Source of the DNA: a virus
DNA length: 13,937 nt
Strand: one strand, 5' to 3'
Virus genome (UHGV): UHGV-0176194
A model generated the notes under the pieces. That model made no database searches, was not told the origin of the DNA, and saw nothing but the letters and a program-made list of their open reading frames with translations. The position numbers and the translations under genes were made by a program. This document shows positions 1-8,507 of this stretch, piece after piece. Position 1 is the stretch's first letter. Each line of letters opens with the position of its first letter.

Positions 1-37
1 CAATACGGCGCAGATATCTGTGGTCTGGATGAATTAA
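1..37 (+). CDS. 3' end of an upstream gene (partial, about 12 codons, ends TAA 35-37)
   Basis: Open frame runs off the 5' edge of the window and stops 13 nt before the next start. Too short to assign a product. Confidence 0.3.
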   Translation, partial: NTAQISVVWMN

Positions 38-49
38 GAGAGCAACAGC

Positions 50-292
50 ATGAACAAAATGAAGGTTAAGGCGGCTCCCGGGATGAAGTTCCCGATGGAG
101 GATAACGCCCGGAAATACATCACCACGGAAGCGGTGACCGTTGAGAACACCGCTTATTACCGGCGCGCCGTTCAGGACGGTGACCTGATTCTGGTGAAGG
201 ATGAGCCTGAAACCACCGTGACGGCTGAACAGGACGCCGTGCAGGTAAAAGCGAAGGCGAAGAGAGAGAAACAGGTGGATTCCGATGAGTGA
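50..292 (+). CDS. Small phage protein at the Mu gp38 position, immediately upstream of the sheath gene; function unknown
   Basis: 80-aa ORF with a GAGAG purine run just upstream of the ATG. Its stop overlaps the sheath start by 8 nt. Assignment is by position only. Confidence 0.55.
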   Translation: MNKMKVKAAPGMKFPMEDNARKYITTEAVTVENTAYYRRAVQDGDLILVKDEPETTVTAEQDAVQVKAKAKREKQVDSDE

Positions 293-1706
293 AATTCAGT
301 TTGACACCATTTCGGGCGGCATCCGTAAGCCCGGTGTGCATTTTGAGTTTAATACCCGGCTGGCCGTTAACACGCTGCCGGGTAACGAACAGCGTGTTCT
401 GGTGATTGGCCCGATGCTGTCAGGCGGCACCGCCACGCCCCTGAATGCCGTTTCCGTGTATTCCGAAGACGAAGCGGATTTGTATTTCGGGGCCGGTTCG
501 CTGGCCGCTGCAATGGCGCGCGCGGCCATTAATGCCAACAGCTATCTGCAACTGGATGTTATCGGTATTGCAGACAGTGGCGCAGGAAAGGCAGCAACCG
601 GCGCGGTTACCGTCAACGGTACGGCAATCAGCAGCGGAACACTGTCGGTATGGGTTGCCGGTGAGCAGGTTTCGGTGGATGTGGAAACCGGTGATGGACC
701 GTCGAAAATCATTCCGGCACTGGTGGAAGCAATGACGCAGACGCCTTCGCTTCTGGTTACGGGGGAATACCAATCGGAAGCCTCTCAGCTGACGGTCACC
801 ACCCGGACCAAAGGTGCCTGGGGGAATGACATCACCCTGTCAGCATCCACCACGGCAGGTGGTCTGACCGTGAGCGCCACGCCGATGGCGAACGGTGAAA
901 TGGACCCGGATATTCAGCCCGCACTGGATGCGGTCTTTGCCGCCGGTCACAACATTCTGATTTGTCCGTTCAGTACCACGCCAGCCCTTGCCGCCATGAA
1001 GCAGCATCTGGAGAAAACCGGGAACGCGATGGAACAGCGCGGCGCGATTGGCTGTGCAGGCTGGACGGGCAGTCTCGGAAACGGGATCACCCTGGCCGCC
1101 GGTGTGAACAGCGGGCGCGTGTCCGTCCCCTGGTATCGCGGCTCCGTGAAGCTGCCAGCGGTGCTGGCTGCCATCTACGGCGCTGTGATGGCGGGCGAGG
1201 AAGACCCGGCGCGTCCGCTGAACTCGCTGGCGCTGTCCGGGCTGGATGTGGTCGCCATGTCACAGCGTGAAAGCCGTAACGAGCAGGAAAACGCCCTGCA
1301 TAACGGCCTGACGCCGGTTGAGGTTGGCCCGGGTAACACGGTGCAGATTGTGCGTGCGGTCAGTACGTACACGGTAAACGCACAGGGCGTGACTGACGTC
1401 TCGTTACTGGATATCACGTCCATCAGAACGCTGGACTACACCCGCAAGGCGTGCCGCGAACGCATCAGCCTTCGCTTCCCGCGCGAAAAACTCAGCACCC
1501 GCACTATCGCAAAAGTGGAAAGCGAACTGTATGACGTGCTGATCAAGCTGGAGGAAGCGGAAATTCTGGAGAACGTGGAAGCGAACAAGGCAAAGCTGCG
1601 CGTTCAGCGAAACGGGAAAGATGCAAACCGTCTCGACTGCGTGGTTCCGGCGGATGTGGTTAACGGCCTGCATGTGTTTGCCGGTCGCATCGACATGATT
1701 TTGTAA
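285..1706 (+). CDS. Contractile tail sheath protein (Mu gpL-like)
   Basis: 473-aa ORF, AGGTGG Shine-Dalgarno 9 nt upstream, followed directly by a small tube-sized gene. Size and N-terminus (MSEIQFDTISGGIRKPGVHFEF) fit myovirus sheath proteins as I recall them. Not searched. Confidence 0.85.
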   Translation: MSEIQFDTISGGIRKPGVHFEFNTRLAVNTLPGNEQRVLVIGPMLSGGTATPLNAVSVYSEDEADLYFGAGSLAAAMARAAINANSYLQLDVIGIADSGAGKAATGAVTVNGTAISSGTLSVWVAGEQVSVDVETGDGPSKIIPALVEAMTQTPSLLVTGEYQSEASQLTVTTRTKGAWGNDITLSASTTAGGLTVSATPMANGEMDPDIQPALDAVFAAGHNILICPFSTTPALAAMKQHLEKTGNAMEQRGAIGCAGWTGSLGNGITLAAGVNSGRVSVPWYRGSVKLPAVLAAIYGAVMAGEEDPARPLNSLALSGLDVVAMSQRESRNEQENALHNGLTPVEVGPGNTVQIVRAVSTYTVNAQGVTDVSLLDITSIRTLDYTRKACRERISLRFPREKLSTRTIAKVESELYDVLIKLEEAEILENVEANKAKLRVQRNGKDANRLDCVVPADVVNGLHVFAGRIDMIL

Positions 1707-1718
1707 GGAGCGCGGTAA

Positions 1719-2093
1719 ATGTCCATTAAAGAATATGTCGGCTCGATTGTGCTGGAGGTGGACAGCCAGGAAATCGAGATCACCGACTTCGATGTTCAGA
1801 TCAACACCGGGCGAAAGCTGGTCAAGACCATGAACAAAACCGGCAGGGCAAAAGGCTTTGCCCGTGGCATTGCCACTTACGATATTTCTGTTTCGGCGGT
1901 TATCCCTGATACCAACGAGCCGGACTGGGAAAATCTGGAAGGTGTGAAAATCTCAATTTATCCGCTCAGCAACAGCGGCAAGCGCACCTCCTATCTGGAC
2001 TGCTTCACAACCGAAGTGGGTGAGAAATACACCGTCGACAGTGAAGCGAAAATTGATATCAAAATGGCTGCACTCAGGAAGGTGACAGGATGA
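1719..2093 (+). CDS. Tail tube protein (Mu gpM-like)
   Basis: 124-aa ORF with a strong AAGGAG site upstream. Canonical position between sheath and chaperone. Stop overlaps the next ATG (ATGA). Confidence 0.8.
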   Translation: MSIKEYVGSIVLEVDSQEIEITDFDVQINTGRKLVKTMNKTGRAKGFARGIATYDISVSAVIPDTNEPDWENLEGVKISIYPLSNSGKRTSYLDCFTTEVGEKYTVDSEAKIDIKMAALRKVTG

Positions 2094-2473
2094 CTTTGAT
2101 TAATACACAGACCGGCGAGCTGTCTGATGGCGTGGTGTTTAACGGCACCGTTCATAAAAACTTTGAGCTGCGTCTGCCGGTCATGCGTGATAACGGGCAG
2201 GCACTGGAAGAAACGGAAGAACGCTTTCAGACGGTGGATGGCTTCGCGGCGGATTATTACTACCGCTGTGCGGTGATGGCGGCAACGCTGGTCCGCCTGG
2301 GGGATATTCCGCAGGAAGAACTGACGGCGGAGCTGTTACACGACAACATGACGCCGGACGATTTTAATATTCTGCTGGCATCACGCAACGTCCTGAAGGT
2401 AAAGCGGAACGGCGGGAATCCCGGCTCGCCGGACTCCGGCTCGCAGTCCTCATCCTCGGGCGCTACGGAATAA
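2090..2473 (+). CDS. Tail assembly chaperone (Mu gp41 position; analogous to lambda G and P2 E)
   Basis: 127-aa ORF immediately upstream of the tape measure gene, with a Ser/Gly-rich C-terminus. A 162-nt apparent gap follows, and a second frame is open across it. Confidence 0.7.
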   Translation: MTLINTQTGELSDGVVFNGTVHKNFELRLPVMRDNGQALEETEERFQTVDGFAADYYYRCAVMAATLVRLGDIPQEELTAELLHDNMTPDDFNILLASRNVLKVKRNGGNPGSPDSGSQSSSSGATE

Positions 2474-2487
2474 CCGAAGAGCAAATC

Positions 2488-2646
2488 ATGACCATGAGCC
2501 GTCCCGAGCTGGACGGCTGGCTTGCCGCCGTTGACAGGCTGAACGGCGGCGGCTCAGGAAGGAAGGACACCTCACAGACCACCCGCCAGTCATTTAAATC
2601 CCTCAGAAAGAAACGCAGAAAAGGTAAGCAGAAAAATGGCCGGTAA
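2488..2646 (+). CDS. Candidate frameshift extension of the chaperone (or an independent 52-codon ORF)
   Basis: The frame at -1 relative to the chaperone is open from 2368 to TAA at 2644-2646, with in-frame ATGs at 2488 and 2494. It overlaps the last 106 nt of the chaperone ORF and the first 11 nt of the tape measure ORF. No canonical XXXYYYZ heptamer found in the overlap. Confidence 0.35.
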   Translation: MTMSRPELDGWLAAVDRLNGGGSGRKDTSQTTRQSFKSLRKKRRKGKQKNGR

Positions 2647-4909
2647 TTTCAAAGTTGGCATGACCCTGACTGCGAAGGACGAAGCCTCGCAGGTTCTGGA
2701 AAAGGGACAAAAACAGGTTATCAAAGCCACCGAAGGTGTAACAAAGGCGACACGGAAGGCAGGCGCAGAGCAGAAGCGTACCGAGCAGGAAAGCATTAAC
2801 AGCACGAAAAAGGCCGCAAAAGAGATACAGCGTGCCGCCCGTGCCCGGGAAACGCTCGGTATTCGTGCAGAGCGTGAGATCCGGCGCGAAATTTATCTGA
2901 CGGTTGCCAGTTATAACCGTCTGGCCCGCGCCGGTTTTGAATCTGCGCAGGAGCAGGAACGTGCCATGCAGGCCACCCGGGAAAAAGCCCGGGCACTCAA
3001 GCGTGAACTGGATGGTGTTACTCAGGCTCAGATGAAGATGGCGAAAACGCCTGTTATCCAGGAGCCGGGGCGTTTTGCCCGTGCGGCTGCATTTGGCGGG
3101 AATGCCGTGACAATAGGCGGTGGTATTGCAGCAGGTGCTGCCATTATGGCGCAGCCAGTCAAAAGACAGATGAGCTACGAACGCCAGCTGGCAATGATGG
3201 CCAATACCGCCTTCAGTGATGGTGGGCTGGAGGGGCGCAGGGCTGGTCTTGAGCAGATGAAAAGCAGCATCCGTAACGCGGTGACCTATGGCGGCGGTAC
3301 GAAAGAGGATGCAGCCGAAACGCTGGATGCCCTGCTGAAAGATGGCGGTATTTCATTTGAAACAGCCAGTAAGTGGCTGCCTGAACTGATGAAATACGCC
3401 ACGGCTTCCGGTGCATCAGCGACAGACCTGGCTAATGTGATGCTTAAGGGTAAAAAGACCTTTGGATTCAGGGATGAAGATATTTCCACCGTTCTGAATA
3501 TGGCAATTGCAGCGGGCAAAGAAGGCAGCTTTGAACTGAGCGACATGGCCCGCTGGTTATCTTCGCAACTGGGGTCAGCGTCAGCTGCGGGGATGAGAGG
3601 CAAGGATGATTTTGTCAAGATTCTGGCGCTGAATGAAGCTGCCGCCATTACGGCTGGAAGCAGTGATGAAGCCGGAAATAACGTGTTTAACCTGCTGGCT
3701 AAACTGACCAGCCACGATATTGAAACAGCGGCAAAGAGCATTGATTACAACGGTAAAGGAATTGATTTTTCCGGTACGCTGGTTCAGGCGCGCGAACATG
3801 GACTTGATCCGATAGATGCGCTGTCCAGCCTGATAGACAAAATCGTTGCCAGCGATAAACGCTTTCAGGAGTTGCAAAAGAAACTGGCCTCAGCCCGGGA
3901 TAAAGGCGAGCAGACGGCTGTTTATGATTCGATGGCAAAACTCCTTGAAGGCTTTGGTGTCGGGAAACTGGTTGCAGACCAACAGGCGTTAAAAGCGTTG
4001 CTGGCTTACCGTAACAACCCGGAATACCGGAAAAAGGTTGAAGACGCGATTAATCAGCAGCGCACCCTGCCGGAAGGCCAGCGCGCGGGGGATGTGGATT
4101 TTAACTTCATATCCGGCCTCAATGACTTTAAAACCGAACAGGCTAAAAACACGCTTGAATTTTCACAAATGGACAGCATGAAAAAGCTGGCGGATGCGTC
4201 CGGTACTGTGGCCGATGCCATAAGCTGGGCGGGTGAAAAGTTTCCGGGGCTGACCACGGCGGTGGTGGGTGCCACGACTGCGATTGAAGCGATGACCGCA
4301 GCGGCTCTGACATGGGCCGGGATCAAAATCCTGACAGGAGGTAAACCCGGTGGCAAGGCTGGCGAGGTTGTCGGTGATGTCATTGAAAACACGGTCAAAA
4401 AAGGCAAAGGATTTAAATTCCCCGGCATTGCCGGTAGCCTGCTTTCTTTCGGTGGCACCGTTACGGCACTGGCCACCGCAACCAGCCCGGAAGAAGACGC
4501 CGCCGTCGAAGGAAGCGAAGAACGCTGGAAACGCATCCGCGCCCGATATCCCCAGGAAATCATCGACGCCGCCCGCAAAAAATACCAGCCGTGGTGGCAG
4601 TTTGGGGAAGGCTACTCCACCGAAAACGAAGAGTGGTTGAGGCGCTGGGAGGAAGACAGGAAAAAAGCCGCAGCTGATGCCCTGCCATCACCGGCGCAGG
4701 TCAACAAAGCCGCAGGAAACACAACGCCTGAATCAGCATCAAAGCAACCCGGACGCATCACCCAGCCGGAATATCTCACGCACTGGGGACCACCTGCCAG
4801 CCCCATTAATTTCACCACACAACTGGTGCTCGATGGTCAGGTCGTGGCGGAGGCAGTGAACAAATACAACCTTCAGGACGGCAACAGAGGCACGGGAGGA
4901 ACTTACTGA
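2636..4909 (+). CDS. Tail tape measure protein
   Basis: 757-aa ORF. Charged, coiled-coil-like N-terminus, Gly/Ala-rich hydrophobic segments (GGNAVTIGGGIAAGAAIMA; GATTAIEAMTAAALTWAGIKILTGG) and canonical position after the chaperone. Confidence 0.85.
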   Translation: MAGNFKVGMTLTAKDEASQVLEKGQKQVIKATEGVTKATRKAGAEQKRTEQESINSTKKAAKEIQRAARARETLGIRAEREIRREIYLTVASYNRLARAGFESAQEQERAMQATREKARALKRELDGVTQAQMKMAKTPVIQEPGRFARAAAFGGNAVTIGGGIAAGAAIMAQPVKRQMSYERQLAMMANTAFSDGGLEGRRAGLEQMKSSIRNAVTYGGGTKEDAAETLDALLKDGGISFETASKWLPELMKYATASGASATDLANVMLKGKKTFGFRDEDISTVLNMAIAAGKEGSFELSDMARWLSSQLGSASAAGMRGKDDFVKILALNEAAAITAGSSDEAGNNVFNLLAKLTSHDIETAAKSIDYNGKGIDFSGTLVQAREHGLDPIDALSSLIDKIVASDKRFQELQKKLASARDKGEQTAVYDSMAKLLEGFGVGKLVADQQALKALLAYRNNPEYRKKVEDAINQQRTLPEGQRAGDVDFNFISGLNDFKTEQAKNTLEFSQMDSMKKLADASGTVADAISWAGEKFPGLTTAVVGATTAIEAMTAAALTWAGIKILTGGKPGGKAGEVVGDVIENTVKKGKGFKFPGIAGSLLSFGGTVTALATATSPEEDAAVEGSEERWKRIRARYPQEIIDAARKKYQPWWQFGEGYSTENEEWLRRWEEDRKKAAADALPSPAQVNKAAGNTTPESASKQPGRITQPEYLTHWGPPASPINFTTQLVLDGQVVAEAVNKYNLQDGNRGTGGTY

Positions 4910-6258
4910 TGGGCTGGGCTGAAAACCTGCAAAACGCCTCCTTTCGTGGCGTGCAGTTTGATGTACTGAACACGGATGAACAAATCAGCCGCGACCATGC
5001 GGTCTATGAATACCCGTTTGTTGACGGGGCGGATTTGCACGACCTCGGGCGCAAGGCGCGACCGTTCCGCATGACGGCGTTCCTGTGGGGGGAGTATTAC
5101 GAATATAAACTCGAAAAGCTGATCGCCGCCCTGGACGAAGGCGGCGATGGTGAGCTGATTCACCCGGTTTATGGCTCCGTTCCGTCGGTGATTGTGACCG
5201 GCTACAGCATCCGCCATGACGCAGAAAGCCCGGACAGCTGCACCATCGACATGAGCTTTCTGGAGAACCGCACCGGCAGCGCGTTGTTCAGCACCCCGTT
5301 ACCGGAGCTGTTTGCACAGCAGTTATTTGAAGAACTGGATAAGTTACTGGCACAGTTAAGCGAATTATTTGACGCTGTTACGGCCCCTTTAAAGACCATT
5401 AACAGCGTGATTAAAAAAATCCAGACGGTACGCGCCACGCTGGTGAATACCCTGCTGACATTCAAAAGCGATTTTCTCTCATCCATCGACAATATGATGT
5501 CACTGGCCAGCGAACCCGGAAAGTTTATCGGCGGACTGGCAGAGGTGCTGGAAATCCACACGTCAGATGTCGGGCACGCAGTGCCGGTGCTGGAGCGTAC
5601 TGATTCCGCCACCACGACCGGACTGACCGGAGAAGACAGCGTCGCCAGTTCTGCGACCGTGATGACCTGCTGGAATGAGGTGATGGCAGATATGGATGAG
5701 CTGGTCGCGCTGCCGGTCGCACTGGTCAGCGGTGATAAAACGCCGTCTGTGGCACTTCCGCCGGATGCGTCCGTGGAAGACGTGCAGGACGTGAAAGCGG
5801 CTTATGCGGTTCTGGCAGCCTCAGAGCTGGCCAGCGTGGCGACGGCGATACTGTCAGATGAGGCCCAGTCAGAGCAGCTTATACCGGCGGATATCGGGCG
5901 ACTGGTCGGGGATGTGCGCACCCGCTTACAGGCCGCCATCACGCTGTTCCGTGAACGCTATGAAGGCGAACGCGAACGGATAACCGAAACCGCATCACCG
6001 CTGGGACTGATGTACCCGGAAATCATTCAGAGCATGAAGAACGTGGCGGCATCCGTGCAGGATGTCGGCCTGCTGGTTCTGTCACGCCGCCCACCACTGA
6101 CGCAGAAACAGGTGCAGGCGGACAGTTGTCTGCTGTTGCTGGCGTGGCAGTGGTACGGCGACTACAGCCGTGCGGCAGAGCTGCAACGTCTGAACCCGCA
6201 GCTACGTGACCCAAACAACATAACCGCCGGGATGGTGATTAATGCCTATGCAAAATAA
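4909..6258 (+). CDS. DNA circularisation protein N-like tail protein (Mu gpN family)
   Basis: 449-aa ORF. N-terminus (MGWAENLQNASFRGVQFDV...YEYPFVDGADLHDLGRKARPFRMTAFLWGEY) matches my recollection of the Mu N family N-terminal domain. Start overlaps the tape measure stop by 1 nt. Confidence 0.8.
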   Translation: MGWAENLQNASFRGVQFDVLNTDEQISRDHAVYEYPFVDGADLHDLGRKARPFRMTAFLWGEYYEYKLEKLIAALDEGGDGELIHPVYGSVPSVIVTGYSIRHDAESPDSCTIDMSFLENRTGSALFSTPLPELFAQQLFEELDKLLAQLSELFDAVTAPLKTINSVIKKIQTVRATLVNTLLTFKSDFLSSIDNMMSLASEPGKFIGGLAEVLEIHTSDVGHAVPVLERTDSATTTGLTGEDSVASSATVMTCWNEVMADMDELVALPVALVSGDKTPSVALPPDASVEDVQDVKAAYAVLAASELASVATAILSDEAQSEQLIPADIGRLVGDVRTRLQAAITLFRERYEGERERITETASPLGLMYPEIIQSMKNVAASVQDVGLLVLSRRPPLTQKQVQADSCLLLLAWQWYGDYSRAAELQRLNPQLRDPNNITAGMVINAYAK

Positions 6259-7453
6259 CGACGACAAAATCAGCCTGGTCATTGCCGGAAGGTCGCATTC
6301 TGACTGGAGCAGTTATCGTATTGACAGCGATTTCCTGAAAGCCGCCGACGGGTGGCAGCTTCAGCTGGGACTGCCTGAAAAGGTGTTCCCGGCGGATATC
6401 GTCCGGGGTGCGCCGGTCCGTTTGCAGGCGGGAGACGAGACGGTCCTCAGTGGTCGCGTGGACAGCGTGCGCCGCAGTGTATCCCGTCAGAGCTGCACGC
6501 TGACCCTGTCCGGGCGTGATGATGCCGCCATTCTGGTGGACTGTGCCGCGCCGGTGTTCAGCGCCAATCAGCTGACGCTGGACGAGGTCATCGACAGGAT
6601 TGTCAGACCGCTGGGGATACAGCGCATCCGTATTCAGGCGTCCGGTGTGTCACGTAATGACAAGGTCGTTATAGAGCCGGGGATGCGTGCGTGGGATGCA
6701 CTGGCCAAAGCTGCCGCCGGTCGCGGCTTATGGCCATGGTTTGAGCCTGACGGGACGCTGGTTGTGGGTGGCCCTGACTACACCACCACGCCGGTGGATA
6801 CGCTGATTCTGAAGCTGGACGGCACCGGGAACAACGTGATGGAGCTGGACGATACCCGGTCCATTAACGGCTGCTTCTCCGAACTTACGGTACTGGCTCA
6901 AAGCCATGCCCGCCGCGCAGACAGCAAAAAACAACTGGCCGTGGTGCCGCTGGATATCTGGAACGAGGACGGCAGCGTGCGCACATTATCCGGGCAGGAC
7001 AGCGGTAATACAGGCAGTGGTCAGACAGGCATTCATAACATGAAAGCCGTGGCCACCGACCCCACCGTGGATTATTACCGCCCGCAGATAATCACCCAGG
7101 GCGACACCAGTAACATGGAGCAGGTGAACTGGCGCGCAAAAAAAATGATGAGTGATGCCCGCCTGTCGGGGCTGGATATCGTCGCACTGGTTGCAGGTCA
7201 TCGCACGGCGGACGGTGTCCTGTGGCAGCCCGGACAGCGTGTGCGAATTGTCAGCGAACCCCACGGCATCGATGCCATCTTTTTTCTGATGGGCCGCGAG
7301 TTCAGCGGAGGCCGGAGCGGGCAGACAACCCGGCTCCGCTTTAAGGAGGATGGCGTATGGATACCAGATGCCTTCCCGCGCGAGAAGAAACGCCATCACC
7401 GCAGGGGCAAAAAGAAAAAAGAGGTCGCCATTGTTAAGGTCTGGGAGAAATGA
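6242..7453 (+). CDS. Baseplate hub protein (Mu gpP-like)
   Basis: 403-aa ORF at the Mu P position, overlapping N by 17 nt and the spike gene by 4 nt. Ends in a Lys/Arg-rich tail. Confidence 0.75.
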   Translation: MPMQNNDDKISLVIAGRSHSDWSSYRIDSDFLKAADGWQLQLGLPEKVFPADIVRGAPVRLQAGDETVLSGRVDSVRRSVSRQSCTLTLSGRDDAAILVDCAAPVFSANQLTLDEVIDRIVRPLGIQRIRIQASGVSRNDKVVIEPGMRAWDALAKAAAGRGLWPWFEPDGTLVVGGPDYTTTPVDTLILKLDGTGNNVMELDDTRSINGCFSELTVLAQSHARRADSKKQLAVVPLDIWNEDGSVRTLSGQDSGNTGSGQTGIHNMKAVATDPTVDYYRPQIITQGDTSNMEQVNWRAKKMMSDARLSGLDIVALVAGHRTADGVLWQPGQRVRIVSEPHGIDAIFFLMGREFSGGRSGQTTRLRFKEDGVWIPDAFPREKKRHHRRGKKKKEVAIVKVWEK

Positions 7454-8103
7454 TGTGGGACAAGGTTAATCAGCGCATACAGCAGGCACTGGCCGCCGTT
7501 CGCCAGGCATTCAGGGTGGTGACCGGTACGGTGGACAGTTCGACCAAAGTACAGCTTCTCCAGCTGAACGGGCTGGCAGGCGAACAGCTGGATGGTGCGG
7601 AGTATTTTCAGCATTACGGCCTCACCACATCCCCGCCGCCTGGTTCAATGGGTATTGCCGTTCCGCTGAACGGTAATACCTCCCATACCGTCGTCGTGGC
7701 CACCGAGCACGGCGCATATCGCCTGACGGAACTGAAACCCGGCGAGGTGGCCCTGTATACCGATGAAGGCGCGAAAATCGTACTGAAGCGCGGGCGGATT
7801 GTTGAAACCGAATGTGACGTTTACCGGGTAAAATGCAAACGCTATGAGGTTGAGGCAGAGGAGAACGCCGCATTCACAACACCGTTACTGACAGCCAGCG
7901 ATAAGCTGACGGTGGAAGGTAAAATCACCGGCAACGGTGGCATGGCCATCCGTGGAGGCAAGGAATACGCCGCCACCTTTGAAGGCAATATCAACCATGT
8001 GGGAGGTGTGATTACCTCCGTTGACGTCACCATTAATGACGTTAAAATCGGAACCCATAAGCATAACACACCTGACGGCATGTCTGATATCCCCGTTAAT
8101 TAA
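7450..8103 (+). CDS. Baseplate spike / assembly protein V (Mu gp45, P2 gpV-like)
   Basis: 217-aa ORF with a C-terminal GTHKH motif of the kind reported to bind metal in spike apex domains. Position matches Mu gp45. Confidence 0.8.
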   Translation: MMWDKVNQRIQQALAAVRQAFRVVTGTVDSSTKVQLLQLNGLAGEQLDGAEYFQHYGLTTSPPPGSMGIAVPLNGNTSHTVVVATEHGAYRLTELKPGEVALYTDEGAKIVLKRGRIVETECDVYRVKCKRYEVEAEENAAFTTPLLTASDKLTVEGKITGNGGMAIRGGKEYAATFEGNINHVGGVITSVDVTINDVKIGTHKHNTPDGMSDIPVN

Positions 8104-8135
8104 GTGCTGAACACACTCATCTGATTCTGACCTGT

Positions 8136-8160
8136 CCATGCTGCCAGACTGGCGGCATGG
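8136..8160 (+). promoter_or_regulatory. Stem-loop enclosing the gp46-like start codon
   Basis: CCATGCTGCC (8136-8145) pairs with GGCGGCATGG (8151-8160), giving a 10-bp stem with one G-U wobble and loop AGACT. The ATG at 8157-8159 lies in the 3' arm. No Shine-Dalgarno sequence is evident. Confidence 0.3.
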
Positions 8161-8507
8161 ACCAGACGATTTCACCTGCAACCGGCGACTACGAACGCCG
8201 CCGGATTTACACACTTCATAACGCGGTTTATCTGCGACTGGCGACGCCGCTTGGCAGTTACTGGGCGGATGCGTCGCTGGGGTCACGCCTGCACGAACTG
8301 AAGCGGGAAAAAGACGTTTCCCGTGTCCACAGGCTGGCGGCGCAGTATGCCAGCCAGGCTCTTCAGCCCCTGCTCGATGACGGGCGGGCAAAATCCATTA
8401 CCGTTGACACGAAAGCGGGCCAGCGCGGCTGGCTGTTGCTGTTAATTACCGTCACGGATAACGCGGGCACACCGCAGACGTTTGAACACCCTGTGAGGAT
8501 TATGTAA
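8157..8507 (+). CDS. Small baseplate protein (Mu gp46 position)
   Basis: 116-aa ORF between spike and baseplate J genes. Its ATG is the only plausible start: the frame opens at 8100 with no other ATG or GTG before 8157. Confidence 0.7.
   Translation: MDQTISPATGDYERRRIYTLHNAVYLRLATPLGSYWADASLGSRLHELKREKDVSRVHRLAAQYASQALQPLLDDGRAKSITVDTKAGQRGWLLLLITVTDNAGTPQTFEHPVRIM

Noticed and set aside
7415-7421. AAAAAAG heptamer as a -1 frameshift site in the hub gene.
   Set aside because: In the hub reading frame the codons are AAA AAA GAG, so the heptamer is not in the A_AAA_AAG phase needed for tandem tRNA slippage, and no useful open frame follows.
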